A DNA stretch of 64,000 bases from Eledone cirrhosa (lineage: Eukaryota): positions 55,924,001 to 55,988,000 of the forward strand of contig OZ024744.1 in NCBI GenBank assembly GCA_964016885.1, in the 5' to 3' direction. Position 1 is the stretch's first letter. Each line of letters begins with the position of its first letter. Shown here in pieces: positions 25,001 to 40,000 of this stretch. Under the pieces are notes generated by a model that was not told where the DNA came from, did not search any database, and saw only the letters and a program-made list of their open reading frames with translations. The translations under genes and the position numbers were made by a program.

Positions 25001-28000
25001 TCTGTGACTGAACTATATTGATCTGGTACCTTACATTGACAGCTAGGTAGACTGTGATCTGTGAATGAACCACATTGATCTTGTACCTTACATTGACAGC
25101 TAGGTAGACTGTGGTCTGTGACTGAACTGTATTAATCAGGTACTGACAGCTAGGTGGACTGTGGTGTGAGACTGAACTATATTGATCTGGTACCTTACAT
25201 TGACAGCTAGGTAGACTGTGGTCTGTGACTGAATTATATTGATCTGGTACCTTACCTTGACAGCTAGGTATACTGTGGTCTGTGACTGAATTATATTGAT
25301 CTGGTACTGACAGAGAGGTAGACTGTGGTGTGAGACTGAACTATATTGATCTGGTACCTTACATTGACAGCTAGGTGGACTGTGGTCTGAGACTGAACTA
25401 TATTGATCTGGTACTGACAGAGAGGTAGACTGTGGTGTGAGACTGAACTATATTGATCTGGTACTGACAGCTAGATGGACTGTGGTCTGTGACTGAACTA
25501 TATTGATCTGGTACTGATAGCTAGGTGGACTGTGGTCTCAGACTGAACTATATTGATCTGGTACTGACAGCTTGGTGGACTGTGGTCTGTGACTGAACTA
25601 TATTGATCTGGTACCTTACATTGACAGCTAGGTAGACTGTAGTCTGAGACTGAACTATATTGATCTGGTACTGATAGATAGGTGGACTGTGGTCTCAGAC
25701 TGAACTATATTGATCTGGTACTGACAGCTAGGTGGACTGTAGTCTGAGACTGAACTATATTGATCTGGTACTGACAGCTAGGTGGACTGTGGTCTGGGAC
25801 TGAACTATATTGATCTAGTACTGACAGCTAGGTGGACTGTGGTCAGAGACTGAACTATATTGATCCGGTACTGACAGCTAGGTGGACTGTGGTCTGAGAC
25901 TGAACTATATTGATCTGGTACTGACAGCTAGGTGGACTGTGGTTTGAGACTGAACTATATTGATCTAGTACTGACAGCTAGGTAGACTGTGGTCTGTGAC
26001 TGAACTATATTGATCTGGTACTGACAGCTAGGTGGACTGTGGTCTGAGACTGAACTATATTGATCTGGTACTGACAGCTAGGTGGTCTGTGGTCTGAGAC
26101 TGAACTATATTGATCTAGTACTGACAGCTAGGTTGACTGTGGTCTGAGACTGAACTATATTGATCCGGTACTGACAGCTAGGTAGACTGTGTTCTGTGAC
26201 TGAACTATATTGATCTGGTACTGACAGCTAGGTGGACTGTGGTCTGAGACTGAACTATATTGATCTGGTAATGACTGCTAGGTAGACTGTGGTCTGTGAC
26301 TGAACTATATTGATCTGGTACCTTACATTGACAGCTAGGTAGACTGTGGTCTGTGACTGAATTATATTGATCTGGTACCTTACATTGACAGCTAGGTAGA
26401 CTGTGGTCTGTGACTGAACTATATTGATCTGGTACTGACAGAGAGGTAGACTGTGGTGTGAGACTGAACTATATTGATCTGGTACCTTACATTGACAGCT
26501 AGGTGGACTGTGGTCTGAGACTGAACTATATTGATCTGGTACTGACAGAGAGGTAGACTGTGGTGTGAGACTGAACTATATTGATCTGGTACCTTACATT
26601 GACAGCTAGGTAGACTGTGGTCTGAGACTGAACTATATTGATCTGGTACTGATAGCTTGGTGGACTGTGGTCTGTGACTGAACTATATTGATCTGGTACT
26701 GACAGCTTGGTGGACTGTGGTCTGAGACTGAACTATATTGATCTGGTTCTGACAGCTAGGTGGACTGTGGTCTGTGACTGAACTATATTGATCTGGTACT
26801 GACAGAGAGGTAGACTGTGGTGTGAGACTGAACTATATTGATCTGGTACCTTACATTGACAGCTAGGTGGACTGTGGTCTGAGACTGAACTATATTGATC
26901 TGGTACTGACAGAGAGGTAGACTGTGGTGTGAGTCTGAACTATATTGATCTGGTACCTTACATTGACAGCTAGGTAGACTGTGGTCTTAGACTGAACTAT
27001 ATTGATCTGGTACTGATAGCTAGGTGGACCGTGGTCTCAGACTGAACTATATTGATCTGGTACTGACAGCTTGGTGAACTCTGGTCTGTGACTGAACTAT
27101 ATTGATCTGGTACCTTACATTGACAGCTAGGTAGACTGTGGTCTGAGACTGAACTATATTGATCTGGTACTGATAGATAGGTGGACTGTGGCCTCAGACT
27201 GAACTATATTGATCTGGCACTGACAGCTAGGTGGACCGTAGTCTGAGACTGAACTATATTGATCTGGTACTGACAGCTAGGTGGACTGTGGTCTGGGACT
27301 GAACTATATTGATCTAGTACTGACAGCTAGGTGGACTGTGGTCAGAGACTGAACTATATTGATCCGGTACTGACAGCTAGGTGGACTGTGGTCTGAGACT
27401 GAACTATATTGATCTGGTACTGACAGCTAGGTGGACTGTGGTCTGAGACTGAACTATATTGATCTAGTACTGACAGCTAGGTGGACTGTGGTCTGTGACT
27501 GAACTATATAGATCTGGTACTGACAGCTAGGTAGACTGTGGTCTGAGACTGAACTATATTGATGTGGTACTGACAGCTAGGTGGACTGTGGTTTGAGACT
27601 GAACTATATTGATCTGGTACCTTACATTGACAGCTAGGTAGACTGTGGTCTAAGACTGAACTATATTGATCTGGTACTGACAGCTAGGTAGACTGTGGTC
27701 TTTGACTGAACTATATTGATCTGGTACATTACATTGACAGCTAGGTAGACTGTGATCTGTGACAGAACCACATTGATCTTGTATCTTACGTTGACAGCTA
27801 GGTAGACTGTGGTCTGTGACTGAACTATATTAATCTGGTACTGACAGCTAGGTAGACTGTGGTCTGTGACTGAATTATATTGATCTGGTACCTTACATTG
27901 ACAGCTAGGTAGACTGTGGTCTGTGACTGAACTATATTGATCTGGTACTGACAGCTAGGTGGAATGTGGTCTGTGACTGAACTATATAGATCTGGTACTG

Positions 28001-31000
28001 ACAGCTAGGTAGACTGTGGTCTGAGACTGAACTATATTGATGTGGTACTGACAGCTAGGTGGACTGTGGTCTGAGACTGAACTATATTGATCTGGTACCT
28101 CACATTGACAGCTAGGTAGACTGTGGTCTGAGACTGAACTATATTGATCTGGTACCTTACATTGAAAGCTAGGTAGACTGTGGTCTGTGACTGAACTGTA
28201 TTAATCAGGTACTGACAGCTAGGTGGACTGTGGTGTGAGACTGAACTATATTGATCTGGTACCTTACATTGACAGCTAGGTAGACTGTGGTCTGTGACTG
28301 AATTATATTGATCTGGTACCTTACATTGACAGCTAGGTAGACTGTGGTCTGTGACTGAATTATATTCATCTGGTACTGACAGAGAGGTAGACTGTGGTGT
28401 GAGACTGAACTATATTGATCTGGTACCTTACATTGACAGCTAGGTGGACTGTGGTCTGAGACTGAACTATATTGATCTGGTACTGACAGAGAGGTAGACT
28501 GTGGTGTGAGACTGAACTATATTGATCTGGTACTGACAGCTAGGTGGACTGTGGTCTGTGACTGAACTATATTGATCTGGTACTGATAGCTAGGTGGACT
28601 GTGGTCTCAGACTGAACTATATTGATCTGGTACTGACAGCTTGGTGGACTGTGGTCTGTGACTGAACTATATTGATCTTGTACCTTACATTGACAGCTAG
28701 GTAGACTGTGGTCTGAGACTGAACTATATTGATCTGGTACTGATAGATAGGTGGACTGTGGTCTCAGACTGAACTATATTGATCTGGTACTGACAGCTAG
28801 GTGGACTGTAGTCTGAGACTGAACTATATTGATCTGGTACTGACAGCTAGGTGGACTGTGGTCTGGGACTGAACTATATTGATCTAGTACTGACAGCTAG
28901 GTGGACTGTGGTCAGAGACTGTACTATATTGATCCGGTACTGACAGCTAGGTGGACTGTGGTCTGAGACTGAACTATATAGATCTGGTACTGACAGCTAG
29001 GTGGACTGTGGTCTGAGACTGAACTATATTGATCTAGTACTGACAGCTAGGTAGACTGTGGTCTGTGACTGAACTATATTGATCTGGTACTGACAGCTAG
29101 GTGGACTGTGGTCTGTGACTGAACTATATTGATCTGTTACTGACAGCTAGGTAGACTGTGGTCTGTGACTGAACTATATTGATCTGGTACTGACAGCTAG
29201 GTAGACTGTGGTCTGTGACTGAACTGTATTAATCAGGTACTGACAGCTAGGTGGACTGTGGTGTGTGACTGAACTATATTGATCTGGTACCTTACATTGA
29301 CAGCTAGGTAGACTGTGGTCTGTGACTGAATTATATTGATCTGGTACCTTACATTGACAGCTAGGTAGGCTGTGGTCTGAGACTGAACTATATTGATCTG
29401 GTACTGACAGAGAGGTAGACTGTGGTGTGAGACTGAACTATATTGATCTGGTACCTTACATTGGCAGCTAGGTAGACTGTGGTCTTAGACTGAACTATAT
29501 TGATCTGGTACTGATAGCTAGGTGGACCGTGGTCTCAGACTGAACTATATTGATCTGGTACTGACAGCTTGGTGAACTGTGCTCTGTGACTGAACTATAT
29601 TGATCTGGTACCTTACATTGACAGCTAGGTAGACTGTGGTCTGAGACTGAACTATATTGATCTGGTACTGATAGATAGGTGGACTGTGGCCTCAGACTGA
29701 ACTATATTGATCTGGCACTGTCAGCTAGGTGGACCGTAGTCTGAGACTGCACTATATTGATCTGGTACTGACAGCTAGGTGGACTGTGGTCTGGGACTGA
29801 ACTATATTGATCTAGTACTGAGAGCTAGGTGGACTGTGGTCAGAGACTGAACTATATTGATCTGGTACTGACAGCTAGGTGGACTGTGGTCTGAGACTGA
29901 ACTATATTGATCTGGTACTGACAGCTAGGTGGACTGTGGTCTGAGACTGAACTATATTGATCTAGTACTGACAGCTAGGTGGACTGTGGTCTGTGACTGA
30001 ACTATATAGATCTGGTACTGACAGCTAGGTAGACTGTGGTCTGAGACTGAACTATATTGATGTGGTACTGACAGCTAGGTGGACTGTGGTTTGAGACTGA
30101 ACTATATTGATCTGGTACCTTACATTGACAGCTAGGTAGACTGTGGTCTAAGACTGAACTATATTGATCTGGTACTGACAGCTAGGTAGACTGTGGTCTT
30201 TGACTGAACTATATTGATCTGGTACCTTACATTGACAGCTAGGTAGACTGTGATCTGTGACAGAACCACATTGATCTTGTATCTTACGTTGACAGCTAGG
30301 TAGACTGTGGTCTGTGACTGAACTATATTGATCTGGTACTGACAGCTAGGTAGACTGTGGTCTGTGACTGAATTATATTGATCTGGTACCTAACATTGAC
30401 AGCTAGGTAGACTGTGGTCTGAGACTGAACTATATTGATGTGGTACTGACAGCTAGGTGGACTGTGGTCTGAGACTGAACTATATTGATCTGGTACCTTA
30501 CATTGACAGCTAGGTAGACTGTGGTCTGAGACTGAACTATATTGATCTGGTACCTTACATTGAAAGCTAGGTAGACTGTGGTCTGTGACTGAACTGTATT
30601 GATCTGGTACTGACAGAGAGGTAGACTGTGGTGTGAGACTGAACTATATTGATCTGGTACTGACAGCTAGGTGGACTGTGGTCTGTGACTGAACTATATT
30701 GATCTGGTACTGACAGCTAGGTGGACTGTGGTCTGTGACTGAACTATATTGATCTGGTACTGACAGCTAGGTGGACTGTGGTCTGTGACTGAACTATATT
30801 GATCTGGTACTGATAGCTAGGTGGACCGTGGTCTCAGACTGAACTATATTGATCTGGTACTGACAGCTTGGTGAACTGTGGTCTGTGACTGAACTATATT
30901 GATCTGGTACCTTACATTGACAGCTAGGTAGACTGTGGTCTGAGACTGAACTATATTGATCTGGTACTGATAGATAGGTAGACTGTGGCCTCAGACTGAA

Positions 31001-34000
31001 CTATATTGATCTGGCACCGAGAGCTAGGTGGACCGTAGTCTGAGACTGAACTATATTGATCTGGTACTGACAGCTAGGTGGACTGTGGTCTGGGACTGAA
31101 CTATATTGATCTAGTACTGACAGCTAGGTGGACTGTGGTCAGAGACTGAACTATATTGATCCGGTACTGACAGCTAGCTCGACTGTGGTCTGAGACTGAA
31201 CTATATTGATCTGGTATTGACAGCTAGGAGGACTGTGGTCTGTGACTGAACTATATTGATCTGGTACCTTACATTGACAGCTAGGTAGACTGTGATCTGT
31301 GAATGAACCACATTGATCTTGTACCTTACATTGACAGCTAGGTAGACTGTGGTATGTGACTGAACTGTATTAATCAGGTACTGACAGCTAGGTGGACTGT
31401 GGTGTGAGACTGAACTATATTGATCTGGTACCTTACATTGACAGCTAGGTAGACTGTGGTCTGTGACTGAATTATATTGATCTGGTACCTTACATTGACA
31501 GCTAGGTATACTGTGGTCTGTGACTGAATTATATTGATCTGGTACTGACAGAGAGGTAGACTGTGGTGTGAGACTGAACTATATTGATCTGGTACCTTAC
31601 ATTGACAGCTAGGTGGACTGTGGTCTGAGACTGAACTATATTGATCTGGTACTGACAGAGAGGTAGACTGTGGTGTGAGACTGAACTATATTGATCTGGT
31701 ACTGACAGCTAGGTGGACTGTGGTCTGTGACTGAACTATATATGAATCTGGTACTGATAGCTAGGTGGACTGTGGTCTCAGACTGAACTATATTGATCTG
31801 GTACTGACAGCTTGGTGGACTGTGGTCTGTGACTGAACTATATTGATCTGGTACCTTACATTGACAGCTAGGTAGACTGTGGTCTGAGACTGAACTATAT
31901 TGATCTGGTACTGATAGATAGGTGGACTGTGGTCTCAGACTGAACTATATTGATCTGGTACTGACAGCTAGGTGGACTGTAGTCTGAGACTGAACTATAT
32001 TGATCTGGTACTGACAGCTAGGTGGCCTGTGGTCTGGGACTGAACTATATTGATCTAGTACTGACAGCTAGGTGGACTGTGGTCAGAGACTGAACTATAT
32101 TGATCCGGTACTGACAGCTAGGTGGACTGTGGTCTGAGACTGAACTATATTGATCTGGTACTGACAGCTAGGTGGACTGTGGTCTGAGACTGAACTATAT
32201 TGATCTAGTACTGACAGCTAGGTAGACTGTGGTCTGTGACTGAACTATATTGATCTGGTACTGACAGCTAGGTGGACTGTGGTCTGAGACTGAACTATAT
32301 TGATCTGGTACTGACAGCCAGGTGGACTGTGGTCTGAGACTGAACTATATTGATCTAGTACTGACAGCTAGGTTGACTGTGGTCTGAGACTGAACTATAT
32401 TGATCCGGTACTGACAGCTAGGTAGACTGTGTTCTGTGACTGAACTATATTGATCTGGTACTGACAGCTAGGTGGACTGTGGTCTGAGACTGAACTATAT
32501 TGATCTGGTAATGACTGCTAGGTAGACTGTGGTCTGTGACTGAACTATATTGATCTGTTACTGACAGCTAGGTGGACTGTGGTCTGAGACTGAACTATAT
32601 TGATCTGGTACTAACAGCTAGGTGGATTGTGGTCTGAGACTGAACTATATTGATCTGGTACTGACAGCTAGGTGGACTGTGGTCTGTGACTGAACTATAT
32701 TGATCTGTTACTGACAGCTAGGTAGACTGTGGTCTGTGACTGAACTATATTGATCTGGTACTGACAGCTAGGTAGACTGTGGTCTGTGACTGAACTGTAT
32801 TAATCAGGTACTGACAGCTAGGTGGACTGTGGCGTGTGACTGAACTATATTGATCTGGTACCTTACATTGACAGCTAGGTAGACTGTGGTCTGTGACTGA
32901 ATTATATTGATCTGGTACCTTACATTGACAGCTAGGTAGAATGTGGTCTGTGACTGAACTATATTGATCTGGTACTGACAGAGAGGTAGACTGTGGTGTG
33001 AGACTGAACTATATTGATCTGGTACCTTACGTTGACAGCTAGGTGGACTGTGGTCTGAGACTGGACTATATTGATCTGGTACTGACAGAGAGGTAGACTG
33101 TGGTGTGAGACTGAACTATATTGATCTGGTACCTTACATTGACAGCTAGGTAGACTGTGGTCTGAGACTGAACTATATTGATCTGGTACTGATAGCTTGG
33201 TGGACTGTGGTCTGTGACTGAACTATATTGATCTGGTACTGACAGCTTGGTGGACTGTGGTCTGAGACTGAACTATATTGATCTGGTACTGACAGCTAGG
33301 TGGACTGTGGTCTGTGACTGAACTATATTGATCTGGTACTGACAGAGAGGTAGACTGTGGTGTGAGACTGAACTATATTGATCTGGTACCTTACATTGAC
33401 AGCTAGGTGGACTGTGGTCTGAGACTGAACTATATTGATCTGGTACTGACAGAGAGGTAGACTGTGGTGTGAGTCTGAACTATATTGATCTGGTACCTTA
33501 CATTGACAGCTAGGTAGACCGTGGTCTTAGACTGAACTATATTGATCTGGTACTGATAGTTAGGTGGACCGTGGTCTCAGACTGAACTATATTGATCTGG
33601 TACTGACAGCTTGGTGAACTGTGGTCTGTGACTGAACTATATTGATCTGGTACCTTACATTGACAGCTAGGTAGACTGTGGTCTGAGACTGAACTATATT
33701 GATCCTGTACTGATAGATAGGTGGACTGTGGCCTCAGACTGAACTATATTGATCTGGCACTGACAGCTAGGTGGACCGTAGTCTGAGACTGAACTATATT
33801 GATCTGGTACTGACAGCTAGGTGGACTGTGGTCTGGGACTGAACTATATTGATCTAGTACTGACAGCTAGGTGGACTGTGGTCAGAGACTGAACTATATT
33901 GATCCGGTACTGACAGCTAGGTGGACTGTGGTCTGAGACTGAACTATATTGATCTGGTACTGACAGCTAGGTGGACTGTGGTCTGAGACTGAACTATATT

Positions 34001-37000
34001 GATCTAGTACTGACAGCTAGGTGGACTGTGGTCTGTGACTGAACTATATAGATCTGGTACTGACAGCTAGGTAGACTGTGGTCTGAGACTGAACTATATT
34101 GATGTGGTACTGACAGCTAGGTGGACTGTGGTTTGAGACTGAACTATATTGATCTGGTACCTTACATTGACAGCTAGGTAGACTGTGGTCTAAGACTGAA
34201 CTATATTGATCTGGTACTGACAGCTAGGTAGACTGTGGTCTTTGACTGAACTATATTGATCTGGTACATTACATTGACAGCTAGGTAGACTGTGATCTGT
34301 GACAGAACCACATTGATCTTGTATCTTACGTTGACAGCTAGGTAGACTGTGGTCTGTGACTGAACTATATTAATCTGGTACTGACAGCTAGGTAGACTGT
34401 GGTCTGTGACTGAATTATTTTGATCTGGTACCTTACATTGACAGCTAGGTAGACTGTGGTCTGTGACTGAACTATATTGATCTGGTACTGACAGCTAGGT
34501 GGAATGTGGTCTGTGACTGAACTATATAGATCTGGTACTGACAGCTAGGTAGACTGTGGTCTGAGACTGAACTATATTGATGTGGTACTGACAGCTAGGT
34601 GGACTGTGGTCTGAGACTGAACTATATTGATCTGGTACCTCACATTGACAGCTAGGTAGACTGTGGTCTGAGACTGAACTATATTGATCTGGTACCTTAC
34701 ATTGAAAGCTAGGTAGACTGTGGTCTGTGACTGAACTGTATTAATCAGGTACTGACAGCTAGGTGGACTGTGGTGTGAGACTGAACTATATTGATCTGGT
34801 ACCTTACATTGACAGCTAGGTAGACTGTGGTCTGTGACTGAATTATATTGATCTGGTACCTTACATTGACAGCTAGGTAGACTGTGGTCTGTGACTGAAT
34901 TATATTCATCTGGTACTGACAGAGAGGTAGACTGTGGTGTGAGACTGAACTATATTGATCTGGTACCTTACATTGACAGCTAGGTGGACTGTGGTCTGAG
35001 ACTGAACTATATTGATCTGGTACTGACAGAGAGGTAGACTGTGGTGTGAGACTGAACTATATTGATCTGGTACTGACAGCTAGGTGGACTGTGGTCTGTG
35101 ACTGAACTATATTGATCTGGTACTGACAGCTAGGTGGACTGTGGTCTGTGACTGAACTATATTGATCTGGTACTGATAGCTAGGTGGACCGTGGTCTCAG
35201 ACTGAACTATATTGATCTGGTACTGACAGCTTGGTGAACTGTGGTCTGTGACTGAACTATATTGATCTGGTACCTTACATTGACAGCTAGGTAGACTGTG
35301 GTCTGAGACTGAACTATATTGATCTGGTACTGATAGATAGGTAGACTGTGGCCTCAGACTGAACTATATTGATCTGGCACCGAGAGCTAGGTGGACCGTA
35401 GTCTGAGACTGAACTATATTGATCTGGTACTGACAGCTAGGTGGACTGTGGTCTGGGACTGAACTATATTGATCTAGTACTGACAGCTAGGTGGACTGTG
35501 GTCAGAGACTGAACTATATTGATCCGGTACTGACAGCTAGGTGGACTGTGGTCTGAGACTGAACTATATTGATCTGGTATTGACAGCTAGGAGGACTGTG
35601 GTCTGTGACTGAACTATATTGATCTGGTACCTTACATTGACAGCTAGGTAGACTGTGATCTGTGAATGAACCACATTGATCTTGTACCTTACATTGACAG
35701 CTAGGTAGACTGTGGTATGTGACTGAACTGTATTAATCAGGTACTGACAGCTAGGTGGACTGTGGTGTGAGACTGAACTATATTGATCTGGTACCTTACA
35801 TTGACAGCTAGGTAGACTGTGGTCTGTGACTGAATTATATTGATCTGGTACCTTACATTGACAGCTAGGTATACTGTGGTCTGTGACTGAATTATATTGA
35901 TCTGGTACTGACAGAGAGGTAGACTGTGGTGTGAGACTGAACTATATTGATCTGGTACCTTACATTGACAGCTAGGTGGACTGTGGTCTGAGACTGAACT
36001 ATATTGATCTGGTACTGACAGAGAGGTAGACTGTGGTGTGAGACTGAACTATATTGATCTGGTACTGACAGCTAGGTGGACTGTGGTCTGTGACTGAACT
36101 ATATATGAATCTGGTACTGATAGCTAGGTGGACTGTGGTCTCAGACTGAACTATATTGATCTGGTACTGACAGCTTGGTGGACTGTGGTCTGTGACTGAA
36201 CTATATTGATCTGGTACCTTACATTGACAGCTAGGTAGACTGTGGTCTGAGACTGAACTATATTGATCTGGTACTGATAGATAGGTGGACTGTGGTCTCA
36301 GACTGAACTATATTGATCTGGTACTGACAGCTAGGTGGACTGTAGTCTGAGACTGAACTATATTGATCTGGTACTGACAGCTAGGTGGCCTGTGGTCTGG
36401 GACTGAACTATATTGATCTAGTACTGACAGCTAGGTGGACTGTGGTCAGAGACTGAACTATATTGATCCGGTACTGACAGCTAGGTGGACTGTGGTCTGA
36501 GACTGAACTATATTGATCTGGTACTGACAGCTAGGTGGACTGTGGTCTGAGACTGAACTATATTGATCTAGTACTGACAGCTAGGTAGACTGTGGTCTGT
36601 GACTGAACTATATTGATCTGGTACTGACAGCTAGGTGGACTGTGGTCTGAGACTGAACTATATTGATCTGGTACTGACAGCCAGGTGGACTGTGGTCTGA
36701 GACTGAACTATATTGATCTAGTACTGACAGCTAGGTTGACTGTGGTCTGAGACTGAACTATATTGATCCGGTACTGACAGCTAGGTAGACTGTGTTCTGT
36801 GACTGAACTATATTGATCTGGTACTGACAGCTAGGTGGACTGTGGTCTGAGACTGAACTATATTGATCTGGTAATGACTGCTAGGTAGACTGTGGTCTGT
36901 GACTGAACTATATTGATCTGTTACTGACAGCTAGGTGGACTGTGGTCTGAGACTGAACTATATTGATCTGGTACTAACAGCTAGGTGGATTGTGGTCTGA

Positions 37001-40000
37001 GACTGAACTATATTGATCTGGTACTGACAGCTAGGTGGACTGTGGTCTGTGACTGAACTATATTGATCTGTTACTGACAGCTAGGTAGACTGTGGTCTGT
37101 GACTGAACTATATTGATCTGGTACTGACAGCTAGGTAGACTGTGGTCTGTGACTGAACTGTATTAATCAGGTACTGACAGCTAGGTGGACTGTGGCGTGT
37201 GACTGAACTATATTGATCTGGTACCTTACATTGACAGCTAGGTAGACTGTGGTCTGTGACTGAATTATATTGATCTGGTACCTTACATTGACAGCTAGGT
37301 AGAATGTGGTCTGTGACTGAACTATATTGATCTGGTACTGACAGAGAGGTAGACTGTGGTGTGAGACTGAACTATATTGATCTGGTACCTTACATTGACA
37401 GCTAGGTGGACTGTGGTCTGAGACTGGACTATATTGATCTGGTACTGACAGAGAGGTAGACTGTGGTGTGAGACTGAACTATATTGATCTGGTACCTTAC
37501 ATTGACAGCTAGGTAGACTGTGGTCTGAGACTGAACTATATTGATCTGGTACTGATAGCTTGGTGGACTGTGGTCTGTGACTGAACTATATTGATCTGGT
37601 ACTGACAGCTTGGTGGACTGTGGTCTGAGACTGAACTATATTGATCTGGTACTGACAGCTAGGTGGACTGTGGTCTGTGACTGAACTATATTGATCTGGT
37701 ACTGACAGAGAGGTAGACTGTGGTGTGAGACTGAACTATATTGATCTGGTACCTTACATTGACAGCTAGGTGGACTGTGGTCTGAGACTGAACTATATTG
37801 ATCTGGTACTGACAGAGAGGTAGACTGTGGTGTGAGTCTGAACTATATTGATCTGGTACCTTACATTGACAGCTAGGTAGACCGTGGTCTTAGACTGAAC
37901 TATATTGATCTGGTACTGATAGTTAGGTGGACCGTGGTCTCAGACTGAACTATATTGATCTGGTACTGACAGCTTGGTGAACTGTGGTCTGTGACTGAAC
38001 TATATTGATCTGGTACCTTACATTGACAGCTAGGTAGACTGTGGTCTGAGACTGAACTATATTGATCTGGTACTGATAGATAGGTGGACTGTGGCCTCAG
38101 ACTGAACTATATTGATCTGGCACTGACAGCTAGGTGGACCGTAGTCTCAGACTGAACTATATTGATCTGGTACTGACAGCTAGGTGGACTGTGGTCTGGG
38201 ACTGAACTATATTGATCTAGTACTGACAGCTAGGTGGACTGTGGTCAGAGACTGAACTATATTGATCCGGTACTGACAGCTAGGTGGACTGTGGTCTGAG
38301 ACTGAACTATATTGATCTGGTACTGACAGCTAGGTGGACTGTGGTCTGAGACTGAACTATATTGATCTAGTACTGACAGCTAGGTGGACTGTGGTCTGTG
38401 ACTGAACTATATAGATCTGGTACTGACAGCTAGGTAGACTGTGGTCTGAGACTGAACTATATTGATGTGGTACTGACAGCTAGGTGGACTGTGGTTTGAG
38501 ACTGAACTATATTGATCTGGTACCTTACATTGACAGCTAGGTAGACTGTGGTCTAAGACTGAACTATATTGATCTGGTACTGACAGCTAGGTAGACTGTG
38601 GTCTTTGACTGAACTATATTGATCTGGTACATTACATTGACAGCTAGGTAGACTGTGATCTGTGACAGAACCACATTGATCTTGTATCTTACGTTGACAG
38701 CTAGGTAGACTGTGGTCTGTGACTGAACTATATTAATCTGGTACTGACAGCTAGGTAGACTGTGGTCTGTGACTGAATTATTTTGATCTGGTACCTTACA
38801 TTGACAGCTAGGTAGACTGTGGTCTGTGACTGAACTATATTGATCTGGTACTGACAGCTAGGTGGAATGTGGTCTGTGACTGAACTATATAGATCTGGTA
38901 CTGACAGCTAGGTAGACTGTGGTCTGAGACTGAACTATATTGATGTGGTACTGACAGCTAGGTGGACTGTGGTCTGAGACTGAACTATATTGATCTGGTA
39001 CCTCACATTGACAGCTAGGTAGACTGTGGTCTGAGACTGAACTATATTGATCTGGTACCTTACATTGAAAGCTAGGTAGACTGTGGTCTGTGACTGAACT
39101 GTATTAATCAGGTACTGACAGCTAGGTGGACTGTGGTGTGAGACTGAACTATATTGATCTGGTACCTTACATTGACAGCTAGGTAGACTGTGGTCTGTGA
39201 CTGAATTATATTGATCTGGTACCTTACATTGACAGCTAGGTAGACTGTGGTCTGTGACTGAATTATATTCATCTGGTACTGACAGAGAGGTAGACTGTGG
39301 TGTGAGACTGAACTATATTGATCTGGTACCTTACATTGACAGCTAGGTGGACTGTGGTCTGAGACTGAACTATATTGATCTGGTACTGACAGAGAGGTAG
39401 ACTGTGGTGTGAGACTGAACTATATTGATCTGGTACTGACAGCTAGGTGGACTGTGGTCTGTGACTGAACTATATTGATCTGGTACTGATAGCTAGGTGG
39501 ACTGTGGTCTCAGACTGAACTATATTGATCTGGTACTGACAGCTTGGTGGACTGTGGTCTGTGACTGAACTATATTGATCTTGTACCTTACATTGACAGC
39601 TAGGTAGACTGTGGTCTGAGACTGAACTATATTGATCTGGTACTGATAGATAGGTGGACTGTGGTCTCAGACTGAACTATATTGATCTGGTACTGACAGC
39701 TAGGTGGACTGTAGTCTGAGACTGAACTATATTGATCTGGTACTGACAGCTAGGTGGACTGTGGTCTGGGACTGAACTATATTGATCTAGTACTGACAGC
39801 TAGGTGGACTGTGGTCTGAGACTGTACTATATTGATCCGGTACTGACAGCTAGGTGGACTGTGGTCTGAGACTGAACTATATTGATCTGGTACTGACAGC
39901 TAGGTGGACTGTGGTCTGAGACTGAACTATATTGATCTAGTACTGACAGCTAGGTAGACTGTGGTCTGTGACTGAACTATATTGATCTGGTACTGACAGC

